Assembly: GCA_001600695.1 (NCBI GenBank)
Contig: BCKQ01000001.1
Coordinates: 2,028,615 to 2,092,614 of the forward strand
DNA from: Ascoidea asiatica JCM 7603
Lineage: Eukaryota; Fungi; Ascomycota
Length of the DNA: 64,000 nucleotides
Reading direction: 5' to 3'
Of the stretch, positions 34,594 to 45,706 are shown one piece after another; the first letter of the stretch is position 1, and each line of letters opens with the position of its first letter. The translations under genes and the position numbers were made by a program. The notes under the pieces are model-generated. The model had not been told where the DNA came from, searched no databases, and was given only the letters and a program-made list of their open reading frames with translations.

Positions 34594-37089
34594 TCAAGCA
34601 AGATTCAAATCCCATTTTAGTTTTCTAGAAACATCAAACCAGTTGATGCAAATGTTTCCATCTTCATTTTGCTTCCAAGACTCTTGAACCAAAATTTTTC
34701 CCAACCTTATATTACCTGATCTTGGATAATGTTCATACCATAGTTTATCAAAACGTTTAATGCTTTCGTTTCTATCAGATAAAGAAACTGAATTTATTCC
34801 AGCTAAAATCATTGGTAGCAGTAGAGCAGATTTGACTGATGATTCAATTAGTATATCCAAAGATATATTGATTTTAATTATTAAACATTGTACATCTAAT
34901 GTGTTGGGAGATAATTTCTTTAATGTTTGCCTATTATATAATCTTAAAGTGTTTTGAAACAACTCAAATAAAGTTAAATGATATTCCATTTCTTTTGCAT
35001 CATTATTTTTCAAACAGTTTAAATCTGTTAATATTGGTTTACAATTTAAAATTTTTTCTTCAAATTCTTGAAATTTAAGATCATTTGATTCCAATAATTG
35101 TAGAATTTGTAAATTATTTGAATTTCTATTGAATTTTAAATTTGGAATTCCTGTAATATTATAATGATCTAAATCTTCCATATCATAACAAATTTTATGG
35201 AATTTACTTGAATAATTTATAATTTCACCTAATACTAAAAATAATGGTTTAACACAACTTTGTAAAGGATCTAATCCATATACACTAGAATTATTACTAT
35301 TTGATTTAACATCAAAATAAATTTCATTATAATCATTCATTTCAAAAAATGTTCCATTTTGACAACTTAAAGATGAAAGAACATCATGATAAGAAAAATT
35401 ACTTACAAGCCATTTTTCTTCAGTTGTATAGGTTAAAGCTTTAACTCCACCAGCTAATTCAATAATTTTTTTACAAATAAAAAATAATCTTGACCAAATT
35501 TTAACATCACCAGTTGATATTTGAATTGCAACACATATTGTAGCACAAGCTAAAGTTAATAATAATTCTTCTCTTTGTTGTGAAAATGGTTTAAAATAAT
35601 TTAATTTTATTCTATTTTCATCAATTATTGAATTAATTTCAATTTTAGATTTTATTTCATTTAAATGATTATTAAATTTTTTTAAAATTAATTCATATTT
35701 TTTTTTTAATAATATTAAAGTTTTATCCCAATAATCTTTTCCACTATTTTCTTTTAAAAATTTTCCACCCCAAGAAATTAAAGAATATAAAACTAATTCA
35801 CTTTTTGAAGCCATTGGTAAATAAACTTTTAAAAAATAATTTGATTCATCATTAACAGTTGAAAAAGATCTTGCAATTTTTTCACAATAATAATCTAAAA
35901 TTACAATTGTTTTTCCAGATGAATGAATTGATTCATCAATTGGAAGATAATAAAGTGGAATTTTATTATTTAAAAAATATGAAGAATAATCAATTAATTT
36001 ATGTTTTAATAAAATTTTAATTAAATTTTCTTTACTAACAATTTTTTTTATATCTATGGAAGAATTTATTCCACAATAATGATTATCATCATTATGTTGA
36101 TTATAATCATCATTATTATTATTATTATTATTAAATTGATTTTTATTAGAATTAAAATCAATTAAATTGAGTAAAGTTAAAAAATCATTACTTGAAGGAG
36201 GAAAAGATTTTTCAAATGTTAGTAGGTTTGAATTATAATTATTTACTTTGTCATTTGAATTAAAGTTTTGTGAAGAAGAATTAGAATAATCCATTGTTGT
36301 TATTAATGCGTTATTTAATTCTTCTAGATTATCAGTGGATAATTGAGTAGATTCAATAGGTAATTCAGAGGAAATACTGGGAGAATAAGAAGAATTTACT
36401 TTTTCACTATTTAGATTTTGTAACTGATTATTATTTTCAATTGATTTATTATTTGTAATATTAGATATATTATCAAATTTATTATTAAATTTATTATTAA
36501 TTGCAATACTTTTTAATTTTATTGAATTTAATGAATTTTTTTTTAATTTTCTTGATTTTTTTTTAATATAATTATTATATATAAAATTAGATGGATTAGT
36601 TAAATTAAATTTTGGATAATCACAAATTGAACTTGTTCTTTTACATAAACCACAAATTGGTTTTGATTCATCACATCTTTTTTTTTTTCTTTTACATTCT
36701 AAACATCCAAGTCTTGATCTTGCAGAAGTTCCAACAAATTTTAATTGAGATGTTTCAGAAGAAGAAGAAGAAGATGATGAAGATGAGTCTGAATTAGGTT
36801 TTGAATCTTGAGTTGAATCAAAACTTGTATTGGAACTTGTATTGGAACTTGTATTGGAACTTGGAGTTAAAATTGAGTTTGATATTGGAATTGAAATTGA
36901 ATCAGAAATGGAATCATAACTTGAATTTGAATTTGAAATTGTATCTATTGCATTTTCATGATTTAAAGATATTGAAGTACTTTTATTATTTGATTTCCTT
37001 ATATCTTTGAAATCATTTGGATTTAAGTTAACTACTTTTCTTAATTTCAATTTTTTTGAAGAATCATTAGAACTAAAAGTTGAAAACAT
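34594..37089 (-). CDS. Zn(II)2Cys6 transcription factor (Fungal_trans_2-type C-terminal domain)
   Basis: RSRLGCLECKRKKKRCDESKPICGLCKRTSSICDY binuclear cluster. Regulatory domain with NFSYHDVLSS, GLDPLQSC and terminal NWFDV...WDLNLA. Orthologue not determined. Confidence 0.9.
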   Translation of the reverse strand: MFSTFSSNDSSKKLKLRKVVNLNPNDFKDIRKSNNKSTSISLNHENAIDTISNSNSSYDSISDSISIPISNSILTPSSNTSSNTSSNTSFDSTQDSKPNSDSSSSSSSSSSETSQLKFVGTSARSRLGCLECKRKKKRCDESKPICGLCKRTSSICDYPKFNLTNPSNFIYNNYIKKKSRKLKKNSLNSIKLKSIAINNKFNNKFDNISNITNNKSIENNNQLQNLNSEKVNSSYSPSISSELPIESTQLSTDNLEELNNALITTMDYSNSSSQNFNSNDKVNNYNSNLLTFEKSFPPSSNDFLTLLNLIDFNSNKNQFNNNNNNNDDYNQHNDDNHYCGINSSIDIKKIVSKENLIKILLKHKLIDYSSYFLNNKIPLYYLPIDESIHSSGKTIVILDYYCEKIARSFSTVNDESNYFLKVYLPMASKSELVLYSLISWGGKFLKENSGKDYWDKTLILLKKKYELILKKFNNHLNEIKSKIEINSIIDENRIKLNYFKPFSQQREELLLTLACATICVAIQISTGDVKIWSRLFFICKKIIELAGGVKALTYTTEEKWLVSNFSYHDVLSSLSCQNGTFFEMNDYNEIYFDVKSNSNNSSVYGLDPLQSCVKPLFLVLGEIINYSSKFHKICYDMEDLDHYNITGIPNLKFNRNSNNLQILQLLESNDLKFQEFEEKILNCKPILTDLNCLKNNDAKEMEYHLTLFELFQNTLRLYNRQTLKKLSPNTLDVQCLIIKINISLDILIESSVKSALLLPMILAGINSVSLSDRNESIKRFDKLWYEHYPRSGNIRLGKILVQESWKQNEDGNICINWFDVSRKLKWDLNLA

Positions 37090-37578
37090 ATTGAATATAT
37101 ATAATGAGAATTCAAATATTTATTCTTCTTGAGGGTGAAATATTATTGGAATAAAGAAATCAAAGAAATAATTAATAACAATGATAATGATAGTGATTAT
37201 AATAATAACAATAGAAAGTCGAGATTTAAATTGAAATCGAGATTATAAATGAAATAGAAATAAAACTTTATTTGAGATATTTTCCTTAAAGGAAACACCA
37301 CTGTAGAATTTTAAAATGAGGGACACTGATTAAATGATTAAAATATCATTTCTCGATTTATCTGGAAAGTGATAAGTTTTACAAATAAATACATTTTTAT
37401 TTAATCAAACTCGAGTCAATCAATTCAATCATTTTCAAAATAATGTAAGAGTTAACAGATCTGAATTTGAGATGAATATCGACAGTTCTTATTTATATCG
37501 CTAAGACTGGTGATATGGCAATTTAACATTTTCAACGGCTTTCGCGAGGTCCAGCGGCGCACGATCCGGCAGCGCAGG

Positions 37579-37588
37579 CCGGAACCGG
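37579..37588. promoter_or_regulatory. CCGGAACCGG everted CGG repeat (Leu3/Uga3-type CCG-N4-CGG)
   Basis: Exact match inside a CGG-rich island (about 37535-37620) between the divergent Zn-cluster TF and YLF1. Confidence 0.4.
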
Positions 37589-37947
37589 TGCACGACGAGA
37601 ACGTCGCAGGCGGATCCTGAAAATGTGGAAAATGCGAGGCTGAAAAGAGAAAAAAACTGAACTCGAAGTCGAAACAGTTTTAGTAGGTTTGGTATCAGGT
37701 GACAGTCTAGTATGGGGTTTGTGGTCGGAATGGTTAAATAAGGTCGGAACTTCACCGGAAACGTTTATTTAAAGGCGTACCTTTGAGCATGAACTGTATA
37801 ATACAGCACTAACTAGAGAATAGTATTTCATCTAAATCTATGCTGTTGAATCAACTTTCATTGTTGTGTTTTTAGTTCATTTTACTCCCAATGGAGATGT
37901 GAAAGATTACATTTCTTTGAAGACAATGGTTGAAAGTGTTGAAAGAA

Positions 37948-39369
37948 ATGTTTAGAAATATAATATTGGAATCAGTTCCAAGAGTATCTACTACTTCTTG
38001 TTTACTTAAAGAAATTAGTTTGAATGTTTCATATACGAATTTATTTTCAAAAAGAAATTTTTCTAATTCTTCAAATTTATTTTATGCAAAAAAACAAGTG
38101 AAATCAAATTCTAAAGATAATAATTCTAAAAATGATAATGAAGATATATCTATTAAATTTTTTGGAAGAGATACAAATAATTTATCAGCAGGAATTGTTG
38201 GTTTAGCAAATGTTGGAAAATCAACTTTATTTCAAGCAATTACAAAATCTGAACTTGGTAATCCAGCAAATTATCCATTTGCAACAATTGATCCAGAAGA
38301 AGCAAGAGTAATTGTACCTTCAAAAAGGTTAGAAAATTTAAAAATTTTATATAAATCTAAAAAAGAAATTCCTGCAACTTTAAAAGTTATTGATATTGCA
38401 GGTTTAACAAGAGGTGCATCAAAAGGTGAAGGTTTAGGTAATAAATTTTTAAATGATATTAAAAATGTTGATGGTATATTTCAAGTTATCAGAGGTTTTA
38501 AAGATGAATCTATAACTCATATTGAAGGAAATGTTAATCCAATAAGAGATTTAGAAATTGTATTTGATGAATTAATTTTAAAAGATATGGAAATTATTGA
38601 AAATAATTTAATAAAATTAACAAAAAAATTAAAAAGTTCAATAAATATTAATGATAAATCAAATTTAAATAATGAAATAAAAATTTTAAATAAATCTTTA
38701 AATAATTGTCTTTATGAAAATAAAAGAATTTTAAATTTTAATTGGAAATTAAATGAAATTGAAATTTTAAATAAATATAATTTATTAACTGCAAAACCAA
38801 TAATTTATCTTTTAAATGTTACAAAAAATGATTATATTAATGATTTTTATATAAATAAAGAAAAAATTAAAGAATGGATTTCAAAAAATTCTCCAAATGA
38901 TGATTTAATTTTATTTTCAGCAAATTTTGAAGAAGAATTAAATAAAAATTTATCCACTTCTACTTCTACTTCATCATCATCATCATCATATTCATCATCA
39001 TCATTTCCTAAAATTATATCAAAAATGAGAAAAAGATTAAATTTAATAAGTTTTTTTACATGTGGACCATTGGAAGTTAGAGAATGGACAATTAGAAATG
39101 GAACTTATGCACCAGAAGCTGCAAGTGTAATTCATTCAGATTTAATGAAAACTTTTATATCTGCACAAATTTCAAAATATAAAGATTTTAATAATTTTAT
39201 AAAAGAAATTGAAGATGAAAATGAAAATGAAAATAAAAAATTTGATATAAATAAATTTGATGAAAAAAAATTTCAAGAAGAATTAAAAATATATAGAGGT
39301 AGTAAAAAATATATTGTTGAAGATGGTGATATAATTTTATTTAAAGCAGGAAGTGCAAAAGCAAGATAA
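37948..39369 (+). CDS. YLF1: Obg-like YchF/Ola1-family NTPase, mitochondrial type
   Basis: GIVGLANVGKST, NYPFATIDP, DIAGL, GEGLGNKFL, FFTCG, TGS domain, YIVEDGDII. Presequence-like N-terminus (FSKRNFS). ATG at 37948. Confidence 0.88.
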   Translation: MFRNIILESVPRVSTTSCLLKEISLNVSYTNLFSKRNFSNSSNLFYAKKQVKSNSKDNNSKNDNEDISIKFFGRDTNNLSAGIVGLANVGKSTLFQAITKSELGNPANYPFATIDPEEARVIVPSKRLENLKILYKSKKEIPATLKVIDIAGLTRGASKGEGLGNKFLNDIKNVDGIFQVIRGFKDESITHIEGNVNPIRDLEIVFDELILKDMEIIENNLIKLTKKLKSSININDKSNLNNEIKILNKSLNNCLYENKRILNFNWKLNEIEILNKYNLLTAKPIIYLLNVTKNDYINDFYINKEKIKEWISKNSPNDDLILFSANFEEELNKNLSTSTSTSSSSSSYSSSSFPKIISKMRKRLNLISFFTCGPLEVREWTIRNGTYAPEAASVIHSDLMKTFISAQISKYKDFNNFIKEIEDENENENKKFDINKFDEKKFQEELKIYRGSKKYIVEDGDIILFKAGSAKAR

Positions 39370-39595
39370 GTATTTAAATAATGTAAATATTGTAAATAAT
39401 GTAAATAAAGTGATAATATTAATTGTAATACAATAATTAATACAATATTTTATTTTAAGTAAAGAAAAAAAAAAAAAATTTGAAAAACTATAACTATTAT
39501 AAAAATTAACAAAATTTACAAAATTTACAAAATTAATAGATATATACACTTGATAATTTATTAGAACTAAAAGGTTTTTCTGAAAATAAATAATT

Positions 39596-39669
39596 GACTC
39601 CGTGGCCAAGCTGGCTAAGGCGTGAGACTGTTAATCTCAAGATCGACAGTTCGATCCTGTCCGGGGTCG
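39596..39669 (+). tRNA. tRNA-Asn (GTT)
   Basis: Cloverleaf with GACTCCG/CGGGGTC acceptor stem, TGAGA-CTGTTAA-TCTCA anticodon arm and GTTCGAT T-loop. T-rich terminator downstream. Confidence 0.97.
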
Positions 39670-39774
39670 TTATTATTTATTTTTGTTTATTTTTTTAATA
39701 ATTTAATTTAAATTTGAACTAAATTAATTTTAAAAGATAAATCTTTGAAAGATAAATTTAAAAATTGATATTTA

Positions 39775-40104
39775 TTATAAGAAAGATAAAAGTAAAGAAA
39801 TTGAGAAAAAAGAAAAGGTTGAAGGAAGTAATTTATTTGAACCACTATCGGAAGAAGCAGATGAAGAAGAAGAAGTAACAGATGCAGAAGAAGATGAACT
39901 AATTGCACTAGTTGTCATAGTTGTAGAATCCATACTCATACTCATATCCATGGTAGTAGTAGTACCATCCATTATCATTGTTGTTGATATCATATCCATT
40001 GATGATGAAGATGAACTCATATTCATATCACTCATATCCATTGCATTACAATTAATTAAAATTGAAGAAGATAATAAAGTTAATAATGGTAAAGATAATT
40101 TCAT
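39775..40104 (-). CDS. Small secreted, probably GPI-anchored Met/Ser/Thr-rich protein (Ctr1-ectodomain-like Met motifs)
   Basis: Signal peptide MKLSLPLL...INCNA. 13 Met in residues 22-63, mostly as MxM/MxxM. Ser-rich stalk, small-residue omega region (DSGS) and hydrophobic tail (TFSFFSISLLLSFL). TTCAAAATG context. Confidence 0.8.
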   Translation of the reverse strand: MKLSLPLLTLLSSSILINCNAMDMSDMNMSSSSSSMDMISTTMIMDGTTTTMDMSMSMDSTTMTTSAISSSSSASVTSSSSSASSDSGSNKLLPSTFSFFSISLLLSFL

Positions 40105-40432
40105 TTTGAATAAAAATTTAAAATAATTAATATGTTAAATTTTTATTGTTTTTTAAATATTGAAAATATTGAAAATATTGGAAATATTGGAAAATTGATT
40201 ATATTTAAATGAAAATTAATAAAAGAATTTTAATAAATAATAAATTCATTTTTGGAATAAATTATTATATACAGTATATAAAAAAAAGGTGTCATTAAAT
40301 TAACAAAATATCAGAATATTAATTAACAGTATTAATCTAATATTTTTCATTCATAATTGTAGCAAATTATGTAAAAATCAAGTTTTCAGATATTGTAAAT
40401 CAAATCAAAACAAAATCAACAAAAAAAAAAAA

Positions 40433-40443
40433 TGAGCAAATTT
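40433..40443 (-). promoter_or_regulatory. Mac1-type copper-response element (AAATTTGCTCA)
   Basis: Minus strand reads AAATTTGCTCA, matching WWWTTTGCTCR, about 330 nt upstream of the Met-rich gene ATG. Confidence 0.55.
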
Positions 40444-42189
40444 GAACAGATTTGGAGGTGGATACAGAAACAAACATTTCTTTAACTACAATAAGTGAAG
40501 TTGAAAACTTATTTTATTATTTTTGGTTGTTAAGAAAAGCTTCTAAGGCATCTTATTTTCTTTATTTCTTTAACAAATTGGGGTGGAAGTATTTTCATTC
40601 AGAATGCTTTCAAGATAATTTAAAAGAACTAATCAATATAAACTACCAGTGAATAATATCAATATTTCAATAATATTTCAGCAAAATTTCATTCATCCAT
40701 TTCTGGAAATTTCTAAATCAGAAATGCACCCTCGGATATTGGTAGCTGTCAGATGCATCACCTGACCAAGCTGTTTCCGGTGTCTCACGTGAGAACCATC
40801 TAGGTGGTACCCTTCCGTCGTTAAGTTTCTGTTTGCGAGCGTCCAGTTCTGGAAGAAGTTTTTACTGTTTTGACTCTGAGAGAATGAAGCAAAAAGGTAC
40901 AGAAAACTGATGATTGATTCAATCTTTACACAACTCACTCAAGAAGGTTGTTCCTTGTTTATTGAAGGAGAATTGAGAAAGAAAAGTACACCAGAAGAGA
41001 ATAAGGTGGAAGTTGAATGAAAACGAATCCAAGAAGAGTCGTGAACAGAGTTGAAGAGTTGAAGAGTTGAAGAGTTGGAAATAATACGCTTCAGCCTTTT
41101 AATAAATTATTTCCATTTCCATTTTCCTCTGTTGTTTTGGTGTTTTGCCGTAGGAATGAAAATAAAACGTAATTTCCAGTGAGATCTGAGAAACCACTGT
41201 CATTCTCCCACAGTACCACAGTACCACAGTACCACAGTGCTAGTACTGAAGTATCCAATTATTGTGTTGGTGTACTTTTCTCACTCTTTTCTCACTCTTT
41301 CTCAGGCACAACTTCCTCCACTTTCACTTTACTATTTTTCACTGCATTTCTATTCTATTTACGTAGTTCTAGTTTTAGTTCTATTCTATTCTACTATTCT
41401 ATTATTATTATTATTATTATCGATTTTAACAATACAATACAATACAATACAATACAATACAATATTTATATTTATATTCATAATTATAACTATCAGTTAT
41501 AATTATAACTACAATTATAATCATAATTCTTATCATCCTCATTATCATTATCTCATATCTCATATCTCATATCTCATATCTCATATACTACTAGTTCTTA
41601 TCAGAACTACTCTCAGTTTCAATTCTAAATATAAGTTCATCTTTATAAATAAAATTTTGGTAAAAAGCAAAAAAAAGAAAAAAGGAAAAAAAAACCCAAA
41701 AAAAGGTAAATAAATCAAATTAGAATCAAACAATCATTATCATTATCATATTCATTAGACATAATTGATTAATAAATTTATATTTTATTCAATATTAATA
41801 ACCATTATTCACTACTGTAGTAATTAATTTTTACTCTGATTAATAGCATAGCTCCCTCTGAAATATAAACAAGTTTTAAATTTTATACGTAATAATAATA
41901 ATTCACTTTAAATCTAAGATTATTTAATAATATTTATTTATTCCTAATTAATATAATATATTCAATATAACTATTTCAATCAATCAATCAATCAATCATA
42001 CATTATATATCCATTATATATCTTTTTAAAGATTTAACTATCTTCTTCTTTTTTTTTTTTATCAAATACCTTTTATGTTTCAAAAATATACCTTTTTTCA
42101 AACAATTTAATTAATATTCTTCATTAAATTACCTCTAATAATAAGTAATAATCATATAAATATCATTTTAAAATATTATTTTCCTAATA

Positions 42190-42486
42190 ATGAATAATAA
42201 TTCTTATAATGATCCAATGGATTCTATTGTAAATTATAATGAAGATCAACAAAATTCAATATATAGACATCAATCAACAATGTCAATGGCTTCTGTTGAT
42301 TCTGTTTCAACAACTGGTAGATTATTAGATAGACTTGGTTTAGATGATGATTGGGATGATGATGATTTAGATAATTATTCTTCCAATTCATTCAATTCAA
42401 ATATTAATATCAATAATAATATCAATAATATCAATAATATCAATAATATCAATAATATCAATAATATCAATAATAATATTAATAAT

Positions 42487-42524
<38 letters not shown>

Positions 42525-44613
42525 TAATACTTTTAACAACTTAAATAAAAATTTAAATTCAAATATAAATTCAAGTCGTATTCCAATTCAAAATCGTAAT
42601 AACAATAATAATAATCAAACAATGAATAATTTTATGAATCTTAATAATAATAATAATATACCTCAGAAATATCCTATTAATCAAGTTTCAAATAATTTTA
42701 AATCAAGAATAACTCAACCACAGCCCAGATATCCTCAACAACCTATTCAAAATAATCAAAATAATCAAAATAATCAACAAAGTCAACAAAATCAACAAAG
42801 TCAACAGAAAAATCAAATTAGACAACCAATTAATAACAACAACAACAACAATAATAATAACTCATCTTATGATAATAATCAAAAAAAACAAGGAGCTCCA
42901 ATTTTATCTCGTGGTATAAATCATAATTCAAATTCAAGATCAAAAAATAAAAAAATTTCAAATAATTTAGATTTAACTTTAGATATTATAAATAATACAA
43001 ATAATCCAAATGAATCTTTACATAGAAAACATCTGAATCCATTATCTCCATTTAAATCAAGATTTGGTAAAAGAAGTCCAATTCAACAAAATTTTTCAAA
43101 AGATCAATTAAATTCTCATTCAAATAAATCTAAATTTAATTCTCAACCTCAATCTCAATCACAATCTCAATCACAATCTCAATCCAAACCTCAACAACAA
43201 AATTCAGAATCTTTAATTAAATCTACTTCTCAATTAAAAAATAATTATCAAAGTAATCAAATTAATATTCAAAAACAAAATATTTCTCAAAATGATTTTA
43301 AAAATCCTCAACTTCCAAGAATGAATTCAAATGCAAGTTCAATTTCAAAATCAAATTCTTCAAGTCCAAATTTAAATTCTTTTAAACAACAACAACAACA
43401 ATCTTCTTCTTCTTCTTCCTCTTCTTCTCCTATAATGAAAAATTCATCTTCAAATTCATCTTTTAACTCAAAACAGCAGCATCAACAGCAACAACATCAA
43501 CAACAACATCAACAGCCAAAATATTCATCATTAGATCCTATTCCAAATTCTCCAATTCCTTTAACTACTCAAATTCAACCTCCTATTATATCTCAACAAA
43601 GAAAAAATTCTCCTCCTGTAAGAGTTGCTGCAAATAGATTTCCTTCTTTAAAAACTAGATTTCTGAAAAATAAAGTTCAAGATGATTCTTCTGCTTTAAA
43701 AACTGCAACTGCTCTTGGAAATGTTGTTGGACAAGTTAGTGCTCCTGTTGTTGTTAAAACTGTTTCAAATCCTCAAGTTGTTCATGCTTCATCAGCAGTA
43801 ATAAATATTGCAGATAATGAAGAAGATGATTCTGAAAATACTACTATTAATAATTCTAATGATATTAATCTTCTGAGACCAAGTATGTCTTCTTATAGAA
43901 ATGGTAGTAGTAATAGTATAAATCAAATTAAAGATAATTTAACTGTAAATTCATCTAGAAATTCTTTACTGCTACGTAAAGGTTCTTATAATTCTTTAAC
44001 TGATAGAAATTCAATAAGTTCAATTAATGATCAACCTCAAAGTTTTGATCCAGAAGAAGAAAGAGTTAAAAAAGCTATTAAATTACGAAAAGAAGGTTAT
44101 CCAAGAGAAGCTTCTTATGAATTAAATATTGCTGCAAATAATGGTTCAAGAGCTGCAATGCTTTTATATGGTCTTGCATTAAGATATGGTTCTGGATTAA
44201 GAGTTGATGAAAAAAAATCATTTCTTTGGATTTGTCGTGCTGCAAATGTTGATATAATTGTTTTAAATTCAAAAGATTTTTCTGTTGATCCATTTGATTT
44301 ATCTGAAGCTATAATACCTAAATCTCCTATTGTTCCTGATGCTCAAGCATATTTTGAAATTGGAATGTCAATGATTAATGGTTGGGGTGTTGAAAAAAAT
44401 GAAAATAAAGGTTTAGAATTTATTGAAAAAAGTGGAAGTTTAGCTTATGTTGAAGCAATGGTTGAAGCAGGTAATCTTTATTCTAAAAAAGGTAGTCATA
44501 GAAAGAAGAATTTACATAGAGCAGCTGCTTGGTATAGATTTGCAGATAAAAGAGATGGTAAACTTATTGGTCAGAGTTGGATTTACAAAGATAAATATAT
44601 GAAGAGAAAATGA
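42190..44613 (+). CDS. DSF2: Dsf2-like protein (disordered N-terminus, C-terminal Sel1-like repeats)
   Basis: C-terminal Sel1 repeats (AMLLYGLALRYGSG, AYFEIGMSMINGWGV, AAAWYRFA, GQSWIYKDKY) and N-terminal SVDSVSTTGRLLDRLGL motif. Confidence 0.72.
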
Positions 44614-45706
44614 TCCCACCTTAATACCAAATTCAAATACAAAAAAAAAAACATTTCAACCAATTCATTTCAGTTCAATTCCATAAACTTTTCTCATTTA
44701 AAAGAATTCGTTTTGATTGGGAAACCATTCTTGCTCCCTGGTGAAAAGATTCTCATTATTTCATTTTTTATCATTGTTTATTATAAATTAATTTTATGGT
44801 TGTCAATGTCAGTGATCTGTTCAATTCATTCATTCAACTTAATCTCTTTTTTCTTGCTCATGTATTCCCATAGGGTAATTAGTGATTTTTTTTTCATAAT
44901 TTCAAACTTAACATTTTGCTTTTTATATATTATATTGTCATTGATACCATTTGAGAATTTTGTTCAACTTTCATTTTAAATCCAGTCATGTCATATTAAC
45001 AATGTTTTTCATCTAAAAGTGTTCCTTTTTGAATTTTTTTCCCTCACAAGAGTGTTTTTCTTATATTTTTTTTTCCTACTAAAAATTTGTTTATCTTATA
45101 CTCTCTTCAATCTTTTATTCCAAATATTTTCATATGTTTTTTTTAAATTTTTTTTGATTTTTTTTATAAAATATTTTAAGATTTTTTGATTGTTTTATCT
45201 TTCATCTATATCCTAGTTATCTGTTTGTTGTTTATAAGCTTGCTTGCTTTTTGTTGATTTTATTTTTTTTTATTCTTATGTTTATTTTTGAACCTTTGTT
45301 TCTGTATTTTTGAAAAAAAGCTTACTATATATATATATTATTGTTATTTAAATCATTATTTCAATTAGATATTTTTCGTTTTCGTTTTCGTTAGTTTTCA
45401 TTTTTTTTTTTTACAATTATTTTTTTTTAACAAATTTCTATTATTAGTTTATAATTAATACAATAATTTTTCAAAGGATTTCAAATCTTTATATGTAAAT
45501 ATATTAAGGTAAAATGCTAAACGTAAAACTAAAAAGAAAAATATATAAAACGAATCCAAAAAGCAATTCAAAAACTGGTCATATATATAATTGAAGAAAA
45601 GAATTTGGAAAAAGGGATGTAAATTTTATAAGAAAAAATGAATTTGTTCAAGGAAATTTAAGTTGAATATTGACAATGAGAATAGTTGAGATTACTTTTT
45701 TTTTTT

